64,000 nucleotides of DNA from a virus (IMGVR_UViG_3300020577_002429:1-64000); one strand, 5' to 3'; shown: positions 1-6,946, numbered from the stretch's first letter. Numbers and translations: made by a program. Notes: generated by a model from the letters alone, not told the origin.

Positions 1-291
1 TTAAGGAAGCAAGTTCAGTCTGAGGAGACTAAAAAGAAAAGAGCACTAAAACAAACCGGTCCCGGTAATCATAGATATGGAAAAACCGGAAACCTATCTG
101 CTAGTTTTGGTAAACCTAATGTCAATAGAATTAAAGTTGATTGTTTCACAAAAGATTTAGTATTTGTTAAGTCGTTTGAATGTATTTTAGAAGCTAGTAG
201 GTATTTAAAAGTTAGACCTACGAATATATCAGCTCATCTAAACGGTAAACAAAAGACAGTAAAAGGTCATATTTTTAAGAAAAGAGGATAA
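1..291 (+). CDS. 3' part of a homing-endonuclease-like protein (NUMOD3/NUMOD1-type DNA-binding C-terminus), truncated by window edge
   Basis: Frame 1 is open from base 1 to TAA at 289-291: ...QSEETKKKR...GNHRYGK...VKSFECILEASRYLKVRPTNISAHLNGKQKTVKGHIFK. Same architecture as the C-terminus of the GIY-YIG at 26422. Confidence 0.7.
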   Translation, partial: LRKQVQSEETKKKRALKQTGPGNHRYGKTGNLSASFGKPNVNRIKVDCFTKDLVFVKSFECILEASRYLKVRPTNISAHLNGKQKTVKGHIFKKRG

Positions 292-296
292 TAAAG

Positions 297-605
297 ATGT
301 TTAATGATGAACTAAATGATGACAATATTAAAAAAGAAATTGAACGTATTGAAAAACGAATGGAAGATCTTAAGTTGCTGCAAGAAAAGATTAAGAGCGT
401 AAAATTCTATGAGTGTGGTATTAGAAAATCAGACCATAAAGTATGTTATTTCTTCTTTACATTATCTGGAGTAGAGGGTATAGTAGATGTACGTATTCCG
501 CAGTCTAGCGAATCTTATAGAATTAACTTAGATACTTTTGTTATGGATTATATTCCATATTCAGCTAAGACTAGAGCCTTGTTACCAAAACGATATAAGA
601 GGTAG
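297..605 (+). CDS. hypothetical protein
   Basis: 102 aa ORF with upstream GAGG RBS. Confidence 0.7.
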   Translation: MFNDELNDDNIKKEIERIEKRMEDLKLLQEKIKSVKFYECGIRKSDHKVCYFFFTLSGVEGIVDVRIPQSSESYRINLDTFVMDYIPYSAKTRALLPKRYKR

Positions 606-607
606 AT

Positions 608-970
608 ATGAATGACATTAAAATGCCAAAAATTATTGAATATTATAAAACAAAAACACTAGATAAGGGAAGAGTAGAAACTTCCCTTCATTTATTTATG
701 ATAGATGCTGAAGTGTTTGATAACATCGTATTAGCATTTATTCGCGGTGAGACTAAGATAGTTGAGTGTCGTCATGGAGTGGCAGTAAAGCATCCTAAAG
801 ATAAATATGATAAGACTATTGCTAAGCAGGAAGCTTATAAGAAGCTGAAGAAAGAACGGTTAACTATTCGCAGAGTGGCGGCTTATGAAACTGGAACGCA
901 TATTCACTTAGATAACCTATTGACAATATCGAAGTATGGTGATAAGGTAATAGTTGAATGGTTGCTATAG
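608..970 (+). CDS. hypothetical phage protein
   Basis: 120 aa ORF with GAGG RBS; contains HGVAVKHPKDKYDKTIAKQEA, a G-x-A-x-x-x-P-x-D-x-Y-D type motif seen in small phage proteins. Confidence 0.7.
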   Translation: MNDIKMPKIIEYYKTKTLDKGRVETSLHLFMIDAEVFDNIVLAFIRGETKIVECRHGVAVKHPKDKYDKTIAKQEAYKKLKKERLTIRRVAAYETGTHIHLDNLLTISKYGDKVIVEWLL

Positions 971-1167
971 TTGGATTTGATCAACCAAAAAAGCCGTATT
1001 TTTTCTGTGAAAAGATGCCTAGTACCGAAAGACTCAGAATACATTTTTATAAAACAGAAAAAAGAGTAGCTTTGAAGCTGCACAAACTTTTAAACTTTGA
1101 TGTAGTATTGGATGGCTGGCATACTAATCGAGTGGATTACGAAGTTTTAAGGAAAGTTTTTTCATGA
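958..1167 (+). CDS. KLxKL-motif micro-protein (array member)
   Basis: Motif RVALKLHKLL; clear paralogue of 1164-1373. Confidence 0.8.
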   Translation: MVAIVGFDQPKKPYFFCEKMPSTERLRIHFYKTEKRVALKLHKLLNFDVVLDGWHTNRVDYEVLRKVFS

Positions 1168-1373
1168 AAATAGATTACTACAAGGATGTTGATATGGATT
1201 ATCCGTACTTATACTGTTGTCCTCACGATACATCGTTTAGAATTAAATTTAATAAGAATGAGGCTAGACTATGTCTAAAGCTTAGTAAAGTGTTAGAAAT
1301 GAAGTATTTAACGGGAGTTCATGCCGCAGATAAGTCGTTGAGTTATGACAATCTCAGAAAGATATTTAAATGA
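1164..1373 (+). CDS. KLxKL-motif micro-protein (array member)
   Basis: Motif RLCLKLSKVL; ATGA overlap with previous gene. Confidence 0.8.
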   Translation: MKIDYYKDVDMDYPYLYCCPHDTSFRIKFNKNEARLCLKLSKVLEMKYLTGVHAADKSLSYDNLRKIFK

Positions 1374-1552
1374 TTTATGATATTGGATTCCTGCCTACTA
1401 CAAAGGATTCGTACTATCATGGAAAAATTAAGGACGTAGATTTTAGAATTGTAATAAAAAGTAAGTCAGATGTACGCCTAGCTATAAAGCTGAGTAATTT
1501 TATCAGTTTTTATTTATATCCCCGATGTCGTCCTATCTCTTACGATACTTAA
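1370..1552 (+). CDS. KLxKL-motif micro-protein (array member)
   Basis: Motif FRI...RLAIKLSNFI; ATGA overlap. Confidence 0.75.
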   Translation: MIYDIGFLPTTKDSYYHGKIKDVDFRIVIKSKSDVRLAIKLSNFISFYLYPRCRPISYDT

Positions 1553-1555
1553 AGG

Positions 1556-1741
1556 ATGCCTATGAAGAAGCACAAAGTTACAGATAGTCCTGAGTTTGAC
1601 TCTAAGCGAGGTCTAGCTAAGTGGATTAAGATTATGCTGCCCGATGATAAGCTGGATGAAGGTGTTGAATACACTGATGGTGAGATGGTGTTATTTATTG
1701 ACAATAAGGAATTATTGTTTAAATTTTTGGACAGTGAATGA
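1556..1741 (+). CDS. hypothetical micro-protein within array (motif weak or absent)
   Basis: 61 aa, AAGGA RBS, ends KELLFKFLDSE. Confidence 0.65.
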   Translation: MPMKKHKVTDSPEFDSKRGLAKWIKIMLPDDKLDEGVEYTDGEMVLFIDNKELLFKFLDSE

Positions 1742-1935
1742 GCCTAGTTACAAGATTATCTAAATATCTCAGACCTCTTGATTACTTTGAGGACATAGTT
1801 ACTGGCGATGGAGTTATGTGGTGTTTTGCTCCTAATGTAGATGGCACATTTAAATTTACGGTAGAAGCTGGAACTGCTTACTCTCAGGTAAGATACTCAC
1901 CAAAGCTTGTGGTGAAGTTAGCGAAGTTGTTATGA
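1738..1935 (+). CDS. KLxKL-motif micro-protein (array member)
   Basis: Ends PKLVVKLAKLL-stop; ATGA overlaps at both ends. Confidence 0.8.
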   Translation: MSLVTRLSKYLRPLDYFEDIVTGDGVMWCFAPNVDGTFKFTVEAGTAYSQVRYSPKLVVKLAKLL

Positions 1936-2126
1936 CTACCACAAAGAAAATAATAGAATATACCGGATGTTCTAAGTATGAAACTATAATTACCAGAAAA
2001 TCGGTAGAGTGGACTTTTTATGCTAGAAAACAACAAGGGTACGCTTTTAGTTTTTTTGAATGGCATCGAGCACATGAACTAAATGCTTCACCTAGACTTG
2101 TTTTAAAATTAATGAAGGTGTTATGA
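1932..2126 (+). CDS. KLxKL-motif micro-protein (array member)
   Basis: Ends PRLVLKLMKVL-stop; paralogue of 2320-2526. Confidence 0.8.
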   Translation: MTTTKKIIEYTGCSKYETIITRKSVEWTFYARKQQGYAFSFFEWHRAHELNASPRLVLKLMKVL

Positions 2127-2323
2127 ATCCAGTAATTAATCATTTGTATAACATAAAACGTAAAAAATCATCTATGCTTGTGGATGATGATTATTATTTT
2201 GACCATAGAAATTTCACACATAGAGATGGTAAATTTTATTATTGGCTAGACGGTTATGTTCGTATAGCGCTTGAGCGAGATATAAGAGCAGCTTGTGCGA
2301 TTAAGATAATGAGGCTGTTATGA
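2123..2323 (+). CDS. KLxKL-motif micro-protein (array member)
   Basis: Ends ACAIKIMRLL-stop. Confidence 0.8.
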   Translation: MNPVINHLYNIKRKKSSMLVDDDYYFDHRNFTHRDGKFYYWLDGYVRIALERDIRAACAIKIMRLL

Positions 2324-2526
2324 GTCATGATAAACTAAAAAAATACTTAGGATGTACGGATAGTGGTGGAGTATTCTTATACCAAGTAATTACAAAATTT
2401 GAAGTTGACTGGGCTTTTTTTTATATGCCCGATAAATATCAAGTTATATTTAATCGTAACACTCCTAATTATACAGAAACAACTTATGATGTTAAATGTG
2501 TATTGAAGTTGGTGAAACTTTTATGA
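2320..2526 (+). CDS. KLxKL-motif micro-protein (array member)
   Basis: Ends KCVLKLVKLL-stop. Confidence 0.8.
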   Translation: MSHDKLKKYLGCTDSGGVFLYQVITKFEVDWAFFYMPDKYQVIFNRNTPNYTETTYDVKCVLKLVKLL

Positions 2527-2648
2527 AACAGGACTTAGTGTTTTTTAGAATGGGAACTATTTTAGAGGGGACATTAATTAGCGGATACTGTTCCAGCCGC
2601 GCCGCCATAAAAATGACTAAGCTATGTAAAGTATGGCCGCCAAAATAA
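2523..2648 (+). CDS. KLxKL-motif micro-protein, 41 aa (not in ORF track)
   Basis: MKQDLVFFRMGTILEGTLISGYCSSRAAIKMTKLCKVWPPK; ATGA overlap. Confidence 0.7.
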   Translation: MKQDLVFFRMGTILEGTLISGYCSSRAAIKMTKLCKVWPPK

Positions 2649-2663
2649 TAACCAAGGACCATT

Positions 2664-2852
2664 ATGATTGACAAATTCCAAAAACATTTATACGCAGAAC
2701 GTCATTGTAGAGATATGTTAATAAAACAAACTGGAGATGGCTATGTATATGTATTTTCTACGGGAATTACCACAACAACTACAGTAGGGGTGCGTGTTAT
2801 AAATTTAGAAGTTAAGCCTAAACTGCTTTTAAAAATGTGGAAGCTATTATGA
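2664..2852 (+). CDS. KLxKL-motif micro-protein (array member)
   Basis: Ends PKLLLKMWKLL-stop. Confidence 0.8.
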   Translation: MIDKFQKHLYAERHCRDMLIKQTGDGYVYVFSTGITTTTTVGVRVINLEVKPKLLLKMWKLL

Positions 2853-3034
2853 CTAAACTACAACGTATGGACTTGGCTCAGTTATTAGGAGTATCGTATG
2901 CAAATAGAACTTTTGAAAAGCAAAAAGTATTTTTAGTAAATCACTGCGGCTCAAGAGATTTTGATTATATATATCCTGTAAAAATAAGAAACATAAACAC
3001 AAAGCTAGCAATAAAACTATGGAAGTTATTATGA
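2849..3034 (+). CDS. KLxKL-motif micro-protein (array member)
   Basis: Start reassigned to the ATGA overlap at 2849; ends TKLAIKLWKLL-stop. Confidence 0.8.
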   Translation: MTKLQRMDLAQLLGVSYANRTFEKQKVFLVNHCGSRDFDYIYPVKIRNINTKLAIKLWKLL

Positions 3035-3249
3035 AAATAATTAGTATACCAGACTTTCCTTGTGACGCTTTAAGTGATAATAATATTCCAGGGCTGATAG
3101 ATTACGATATGTCCACGGTCAAGTCCTTTACTAAGTATTACATATTAAATGCACGTACTACATTAAAGCTTTATAAATTATGGAATCACTCCTCCGAGGT
3201 CGGACTATTTACCTGTCAAGAAATCGAGTACTATCTTGACAATATATAG
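3031..3249 (+). CDS. KLxKL-motif micro-protein (array member)
   Basis: Start reassigned to the ATGA overlap at 3031; motif RTTLKLYKLW. Confidence 0.75.
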   Translation: MKIISIPDFPCDALSDNNIPGLIDYDMSTVKSFTKYYILNARTTLKLYKLWNHSSEVGLFTCQEIEYYLDNI

Positions 3250-3397
3250 CTACATCCTGAACAGCAAGCCTGGAGATTATTACCGGACATCAGATCACCT
3301 GATATTACGACTTCCAGACAATCGTTACCGACTATGTCACCATAACTTGACAAACTTAACGACTCGTGTTATGTTTAAATTAATGAGGTTATTATGA
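3236..3397 (+). CDS. KLxKL-motif micro-protein, 53 aa, TTG start (not in ORF track)
   Basis: (M)TIYSYILNSKPGDYYRTSDHLILRLPDNRYRLCHHNLTNLTTRVMFKLMRLL-stop, ending in TTATGA like its neighbours. Confidence 0.7.
   Translation: MTIYSYILNSKPGDYYRTSDHLILRLPDNRYRLCHHNLTNLTTRVMFKLMRLL
3347..3375 (+). promoter_or_regulatory. sigma70-type promoter candidate inside array
   Basis: TTGACA (3347)-17 bp-TATGTT with TG extension; lies within the 3236-3397 ORF. Confidence 0.5.
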
Positions 3398-3599
3398 ATC
3401 ATGGCGAATTGCTTATTGCTTTAAAAAACGGAGCAGGATATGCTGAATGGGTTAATGGTGGATATCAGTTAGAGGTTCTTTTTTATCTTCACGTGGATAC
3501 TTAAAATTACAAAGATTAAACGCTTGGAATACGGGATTCGGATCATTGTGGGGAAACGCAAAAGTATTCAAATATTGGACGGATAGACATGACCGGTAA
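3394..3599 (+). pseudogene. frameshifted KLxKL-motif array member
   Basis: The ATG 3394 frame stops at 3504. One extra T in the T6 run (3479-3484) gives a 68 aa product containing SSRGYLKLQRLN and ending at 3599. Confidence 0.6.
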
Positions 3600-3837
3600 A
3601 GGATTATTAAAAGTTATTAGTCTAGGCGGTCACGAACTGACCTTCAAAAATATTGAACTTCGTAGATCAGTGCTTAATGAGAGGTACTTTTTTACGGAAC
3701 AATTTGATGTTTACACCGGTCAAGTCAATGCGACGCTGAACGGAATAACTGGAGTTACTGATGTTATGTTTCGGGGTAGAATATATACAAAATATGAAGT
3801 AATAACCTACTTACATAAGAATAAATTACTAAAATAG
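3589..3837 (+). CDS. array micro-protein with motif at N-terminus
   Basis: MTGKGLLKVISL...; 82 aa. Confidence 0.7.
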   Translation: MTGKGLLKVISLGGHELTFKNIELRRSVLNERYFFTEQFDVYTGQVNATLNGITGVTDVMFRGRIYTKYEVITYLHKNKLLK

Positions 3838-3851
3838 AGTTATTATTTTAC

Positions 3852-3880
3852 TTGACAAAATGGCTTATTTGTGGAACAAT
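3852..3880 (+). promoter_or_regulatory. sigma70-type promoter
   Basis: Intergenic TTGACA-17 bp-AACAAT with TG extension. Confidence 0.55.
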
Positions 3881-3904
3881 ATAGCGAGGCTGAGAAGGAT
3901 ACAA

Positions 3905-3952
3905 ATGGCACTTAATAAACAATATATAGCATTTGAAGTGGCGACTGCATGA
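3905..3952 (+). CDS. 15 aa leader minigene MALNKQYIAFEVATA
   Basis: AAGGA RBS upstream; stop overlaps ATG of 3949 (ATGA). Confidence 0.45.
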   Translation: MALNKQYIAFEVATA

Positions 3953-4158
3953 GTATCCATGACTGTGAAGTTTTAATTGACAACGGTAACGTCGAAGTTG
4001 GGTGGTTTTATGTTGATAGTAGTGTCGCACTGAAGCTTTTTAGATTGATAGGTTTTCGCGTATCCGTATTTAGAGGTAAAAGTTTATGCATTAGATACCA
4101 TACTGATACGTTGGATTCCTATGCCGATAAGATGAGAGGAGTATTACGTGATAATTAA
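3949..4158 (+). CDS. KLxKL-motif micro-protein (array member)
   Basis: Motif SVALKLFRLI. Confidence 0.75.
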   Translation: MSIHDCEVLIDNGNVEVGWFYVDSSVALKLFRLIGFRVSVFRGKSLCIRYHTDTLDSYADKMRGVLRDN

Positions 4159-4360
4159 AGGTGATAGACTAGGATTGTACTTCTATATCAACAGTGAAAG
4201 TAACATTTACAACTCTACACTTAAAGACGCTAGGTCCCTGCTTAAGGTATCTAAATTAGGCAATATTTACTGGTACGGATGGTTGGATGCTACAAGATCA
4301 AAGGATACAACAGTCTATGGGTATTTAACTACCTTAAAAAAGAGGACTCATGGTTATTAA
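4148..4360 (+). CDS. KLxKL-motif micro-protein (array member)
   Basis: Motif RSLLKVSKL; GTG start after GAGGAG. Confidence 0.75.
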   Translation: MIIKGDRLGLYFYINSESNIYNSTLKDARSLLKVSKLGNIYWYGWLDATRSKDTTVYGYLTTLKKRTHGY

Positions 4361-4574
4361 AAGCATGTACATCAACTGGACTGCATATGCCAAAAACAAC
4401 CACGTTAGTGGAGTATTGATACCTCTTTACGATGAGCTAGGAAACCCTCACATGCTATTTGGAAAACATAGACCTGTACTAAAACTAGCTAGGTTATTAG
4501 GATTGTCTAATCCCCTTTCTAGAGTTGGAATACTAAGCCTAGCCGGACCAATAAGGAGTTACTTATGTCGATAG
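4350..4574 (+). CDS. KLxKL-motif micro-protein (array member)
   Basis: Motif RPVLKLARLL. Confidence 0.75.
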   Translation: MVIKSMYINWTAYAKNNHVSGVLIPLYDELGNPHMLFGKHRPVLKLARLLGLSNPLSRVGILSLAGPIRSYLCR

Positions 4575-4765
4575 GAGTAGTTAATAGTCCATTCTCAGCT
4601 GGAGACATAATAGAGACAGCTAATGTCCTGAGTAAGTATGGTATATGTATTGGATCTGGTCACAGCTATGGCTATTTCATCTTTATAGAGCCAAGGTTGC
4701 TATGTAAGATGAAGAAGCTAATGTTCCTAGTCTGGGTGGCAAAACCTAATAGGAAGGCTTTATGA
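4565..4765 (+). CDS. KLxKL-motif micro-protein (array member)
   Basis: Motif PRLLCKMKKL. Confidence 0.75.
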   Translation: MSIGVVNSPFSAGDIIETANVLSKYGICIGSGHSYGYFIFIEPRLLCKMKKLMFLVWVAKPNRKAL

Positions 4766-4956
4766 AGGTAATACACAAATACGGTCTTCTATGGCGCGAA
4801 CAAAGCGACTATAGTGGGTTCATTATTTATTATCGATGGGATAGTGCGTTATTCCTATCAAACAGAATGCTGCTTAAAATGAAAGCATTAGGTAGTGATG
4901 TAGAATATACATCCTACAGTAAACTGCGTCCATATCTTATTAGGAGAAAAAAATGA
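4762..4956 (+). CDS. KLxKL-motif micro-protein (array member)
   Basis: Motif RMLLKMKALG; close paralogue of 4953-5123. Confidence 0.8.
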   Translation: MKVIHKYGLLWREQSDYSGFIIYYRWDSALFLSNRMLLKMKALGSDVEYTSYSKLRPYLIRRKK

Positions 4957-5123
4957 AGGTATTACCCTTTAATGGAGTTGTGTGGCGAGATCAATCTGAC
5001 TACCCTGGATTTATTGTTATAACAAGAGTAAGAACTGTTGCTATATTTATGAACTATAGAGCACTATTTAAGATGAAAGCTCTCGGTAAACACGTAGAGA
5101 AGACTAAAGCATGGATAAGCTAA
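4953..5123 (+). CDS. KLxKL-motif micro-protein, 56 aa (not in ORF track)
   Basis: MKVLPFNGVVWRDQSDYPGFIVITRVRTVAIFMNYRALFKMKALGKHVE..., a tandem duplicate of 4762-4956. Confidence 0.8.
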   Translation: MKVLPFNGVVWRDQSDYPGFIVITRVRTVAIFMNYRALFKMKALGKHVEKTKAWIS

Positions 5124-5166
5124 GAAGCAAGCTAAGCTATTTGCGCTCAATGGTGAGCCTTTTGAC

Positions 5167-5361
5167 GTGTTTTATGATGGCCGCAAGTGGAGAGTGCGCA
5201 GAGGCGAAGTATGTGCGGTGGTTAGAATCCAAGAGTGGGATGAGACTATAGAAATATACTCTCTAGGGTATTGTAATCATTACAACGACGCTCAGTCTAT
5301 AATAATAGCATTACAAGTTATTAAACTAGAAGACATGGGAAGGAAGCTAGCCGCATGGTGA
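5167..5361 (+). CDS. hypothetical micro-protein in array (start uncertain, weak motif)
   Basis: Frame open from 5119; may be the frameshifted continuation of ATG 5111. Confidence 0.55.
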   Translation: MFYDGRKWRVRRGEVCAVVRIQEWDETIEIYSLGYCNHYNDAQSIIIALQVIKLEDMGRKLAAW

Positions 5362-5573
5362 CATTTAAAGATTCTAAAGAGTTCGTGAATTATAAGAATA
5401 AGCATGGAGGTCTTTATGACGTTACTGATTATGAAGCATACCGGGGGCCTGGCTACTCCGGCACACCGTTAACGTCTAAGTGCGTTCTCAAGTTATTATT
5501 ACTATGTAGGGACTTGCCTCGACTCTACACTATGAATGAGATATCGTATTATGTTAGAGGAAGAACTTCATGA
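5355..5573 (+). CDS. KLxKL-motif micro-protein (array member)
   Basis: Motif SKCVLKLLLL. Confidence 0.75.
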   Translation: MVTFKDSKEFVNYKNKHGGLYDVTDYEAYRGPGYSGTPLTSKCVLKLLLLCRDLPRLYTMNEISYYVRGRTS

Positions 5574-5722
5574 ACTATACAGCATTATACACATCAGAAG
5601 GACCTAAAGTAACACTTAGAGTGGCTATAAAGCTATGGACACTGGGATTTAATAAAACGTGGTCTACAGGAGCTAATGCTAGGTATTATGATAGAATAGG
5701 GTTTTATAAGGAAATCAAATGA
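5570..5722 (+). CDS. KLxKL-motif micro-protein, 50 aa (not in ORF track)
   Basis: MNYTALYTSEGPKVTLRVAIKLWTLG...; ATGA overlaps. Confidence 0.75.
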   Translation: MNYTALYTSEGPKVTLRVAIKLWTLGFNKTWSTGANARYYDRIGFYKEIK

Positions 5723-5889
5723 AATATTATAGCTTTAGCCATCAGAAAGAAGCCACAATTTCTCCTAGGTTATTAATTAAACTAAAAATATTGCTTGGAT
5801 CTGTGCATAATACAGAGTACGTCGTAATATCGGATAAAAGCTACCGTGTTGCTATACATAATCAAGAAGAGGTTATTAGGTTATATTGA
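5719..5889 (+). CDS. KLxKL-motif micro-protein, 56 aa, last array member (not in ORF track)
   Basis: MKYYSFSHQKEATISPRLLIKLKILLG... Confidence 0.75.
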   Translation: MKYYSFSHQKEATISPRLLIKLKILLGSVHNTEYVVISDKSYRVAIHNQEEVIRLY

Positions 5890-5948
5890 GTTAAGGTACA
5901 GGTGACACTGTCCAGACCGTCCCACTCTCATTCCCACCTATACCCCCA

Positions 5949-6118
5949 TGCACATTTCATGCCACTCACTCTGGCATACTTTTTGCAAGCAGGATATTAT
6001 CGTATGCAATTATAATGCCAGCTATTGCCTTGCATTATTCATGCCACTGTATGACACAGTATATACTGTGCAATGCATATGCCAACAATGTCTTGTCCCA
6101 TTTGGCATAATTGTTGCA
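5949..6118. promoter_or_regulatory. cluster of six sigma54-type -24/-12 motifs (TGGCAT-N5-[T/A/G]TGCA) in both orientations
   Basis: + strand copies at 5972-5987 and 6103-6118; - strand copies at 5949-5964, 6005-6020, 6031-6046 and 6069-6084; exact GG-N10-GC spacing in all six. Confidence 0.65.
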
Positions 6119-6477
6119 ATGGCTATAGTTTTTATCTATATGCTGTCATGTTGATATAGTCTTAAGCGTATTTTTGCTACTATTACTACACATGATCTTA
6201 TAACCTATCTTGTTATATCTCTCTGTCATGTCCGAATTTAGGCAAAGCTATAGACTACCTTGTATGATACACGGTTAGTCAATTCAGCTCATCACTTAGT
6301 TACACAACGTTAGATTGTGCTTTGTTTGATGATCTATGGTCTCGAATAGAATCAGCAGTTAAGTCAGGACTCTTTTGATTGTCGAGTCATCTGTCAGCGA
6401 CTTTCATCACGCTGCCTTGTCCTTTATAACATCACTGTATATAAAGCTTTAATCCCTAGTGTCTATTCACTCTTACA

Positions 6478-6488
6478 AATATATGTTA
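6478..6488 (-). promoter_or_regulatory. putative late promoter motif TAACATATATT (isolated copy pointing left)
   Basis: Identical to the motif upstream of - strand virion genes. Confidence 0.55.
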
Positions 6489-6504
6489 ATTTATAGCTGT
6501 CTAA

Positions 6505-6533
6505 CTTATACCATATTGTATAATATTTGTCAA
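6505..6533 (-). promoter_or_regulatory. leftward sigma70-type promoter
   Basis: - strand TTGACA-17 bp-TATAAG with TG extension. Confidence 0.5.
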
Positions 6534-6644
6534 GTGGGCTAAGTATTTAATAACCTTAATGAATAGCCGGTTTTCTAAAAATATAGCCTTAAGTTATACA
6601 CTATCTCATTATGAGAATTACTGTAATAACAACTAGTTACGAGT

Positions 6645-6660
6645 TGGCACAAGCTATGCA
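6645..6660 (+). promoter_or_regulatory. sigma54-type promoter upstream of first early gene
   Basis: TGGCAC-AAGCT-ATGCA, 27 nt upstream of ATG 6688, with a GAGG RBS in between. Confidence 0.55.
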
Positions 6661-6687
6661 GTTATATAAATTCAACGAGGCGGTAAA

Positions 6688-6936
6688 ATGAGATTTATAG
6701 TAAGCGAGACATATCAAGAGATTACACCAGAGTCAGCACAATATGGTGATTTTAGCGATACTGGCTTTGTGTTTCAAGATGAGACGTACAGCCTGCGTGA
6801 ACTGATTAATTTTATAAAGCGTAACGGGTATACTAGAGAGAGTAAGGGAACAAACTGGCTGACGGTAGGACCTTGGACTGAATGCTATAGGACAGGGACT
6901 GAACGCTCTACTAACTTACATATAACTTTAAAATAG
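6688..6936 (+). CDS. hypothetical early protein
   Basis: 82 aa ORF with RBS. Confidence 0.75.
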   Translation: MRFIVSETYQEITPESAQYGDFSDTGFVFQDETYSLRELINFIKRNGYTRESKGTNWLTVGPWTECYRTGTERSTNLHITLK

Positions 6937-6946
6937 GAGTATCATA

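Noticed and set aside
958-5889. Integron cassette array or DGR as the mechanism of array diversity
   Set aside because: No attC-like intergenic sites (genes overlap), no integrase, no reverse transcriptase and no template/variable repeat pair in the window.
5948-6154. 68 aa ORF in the ORF track
   Set aside because: No RBS; its Cys/His/Ala bias is a by-product of the TGCA/TGGCA motif cluster, so it is treated as non-coding.
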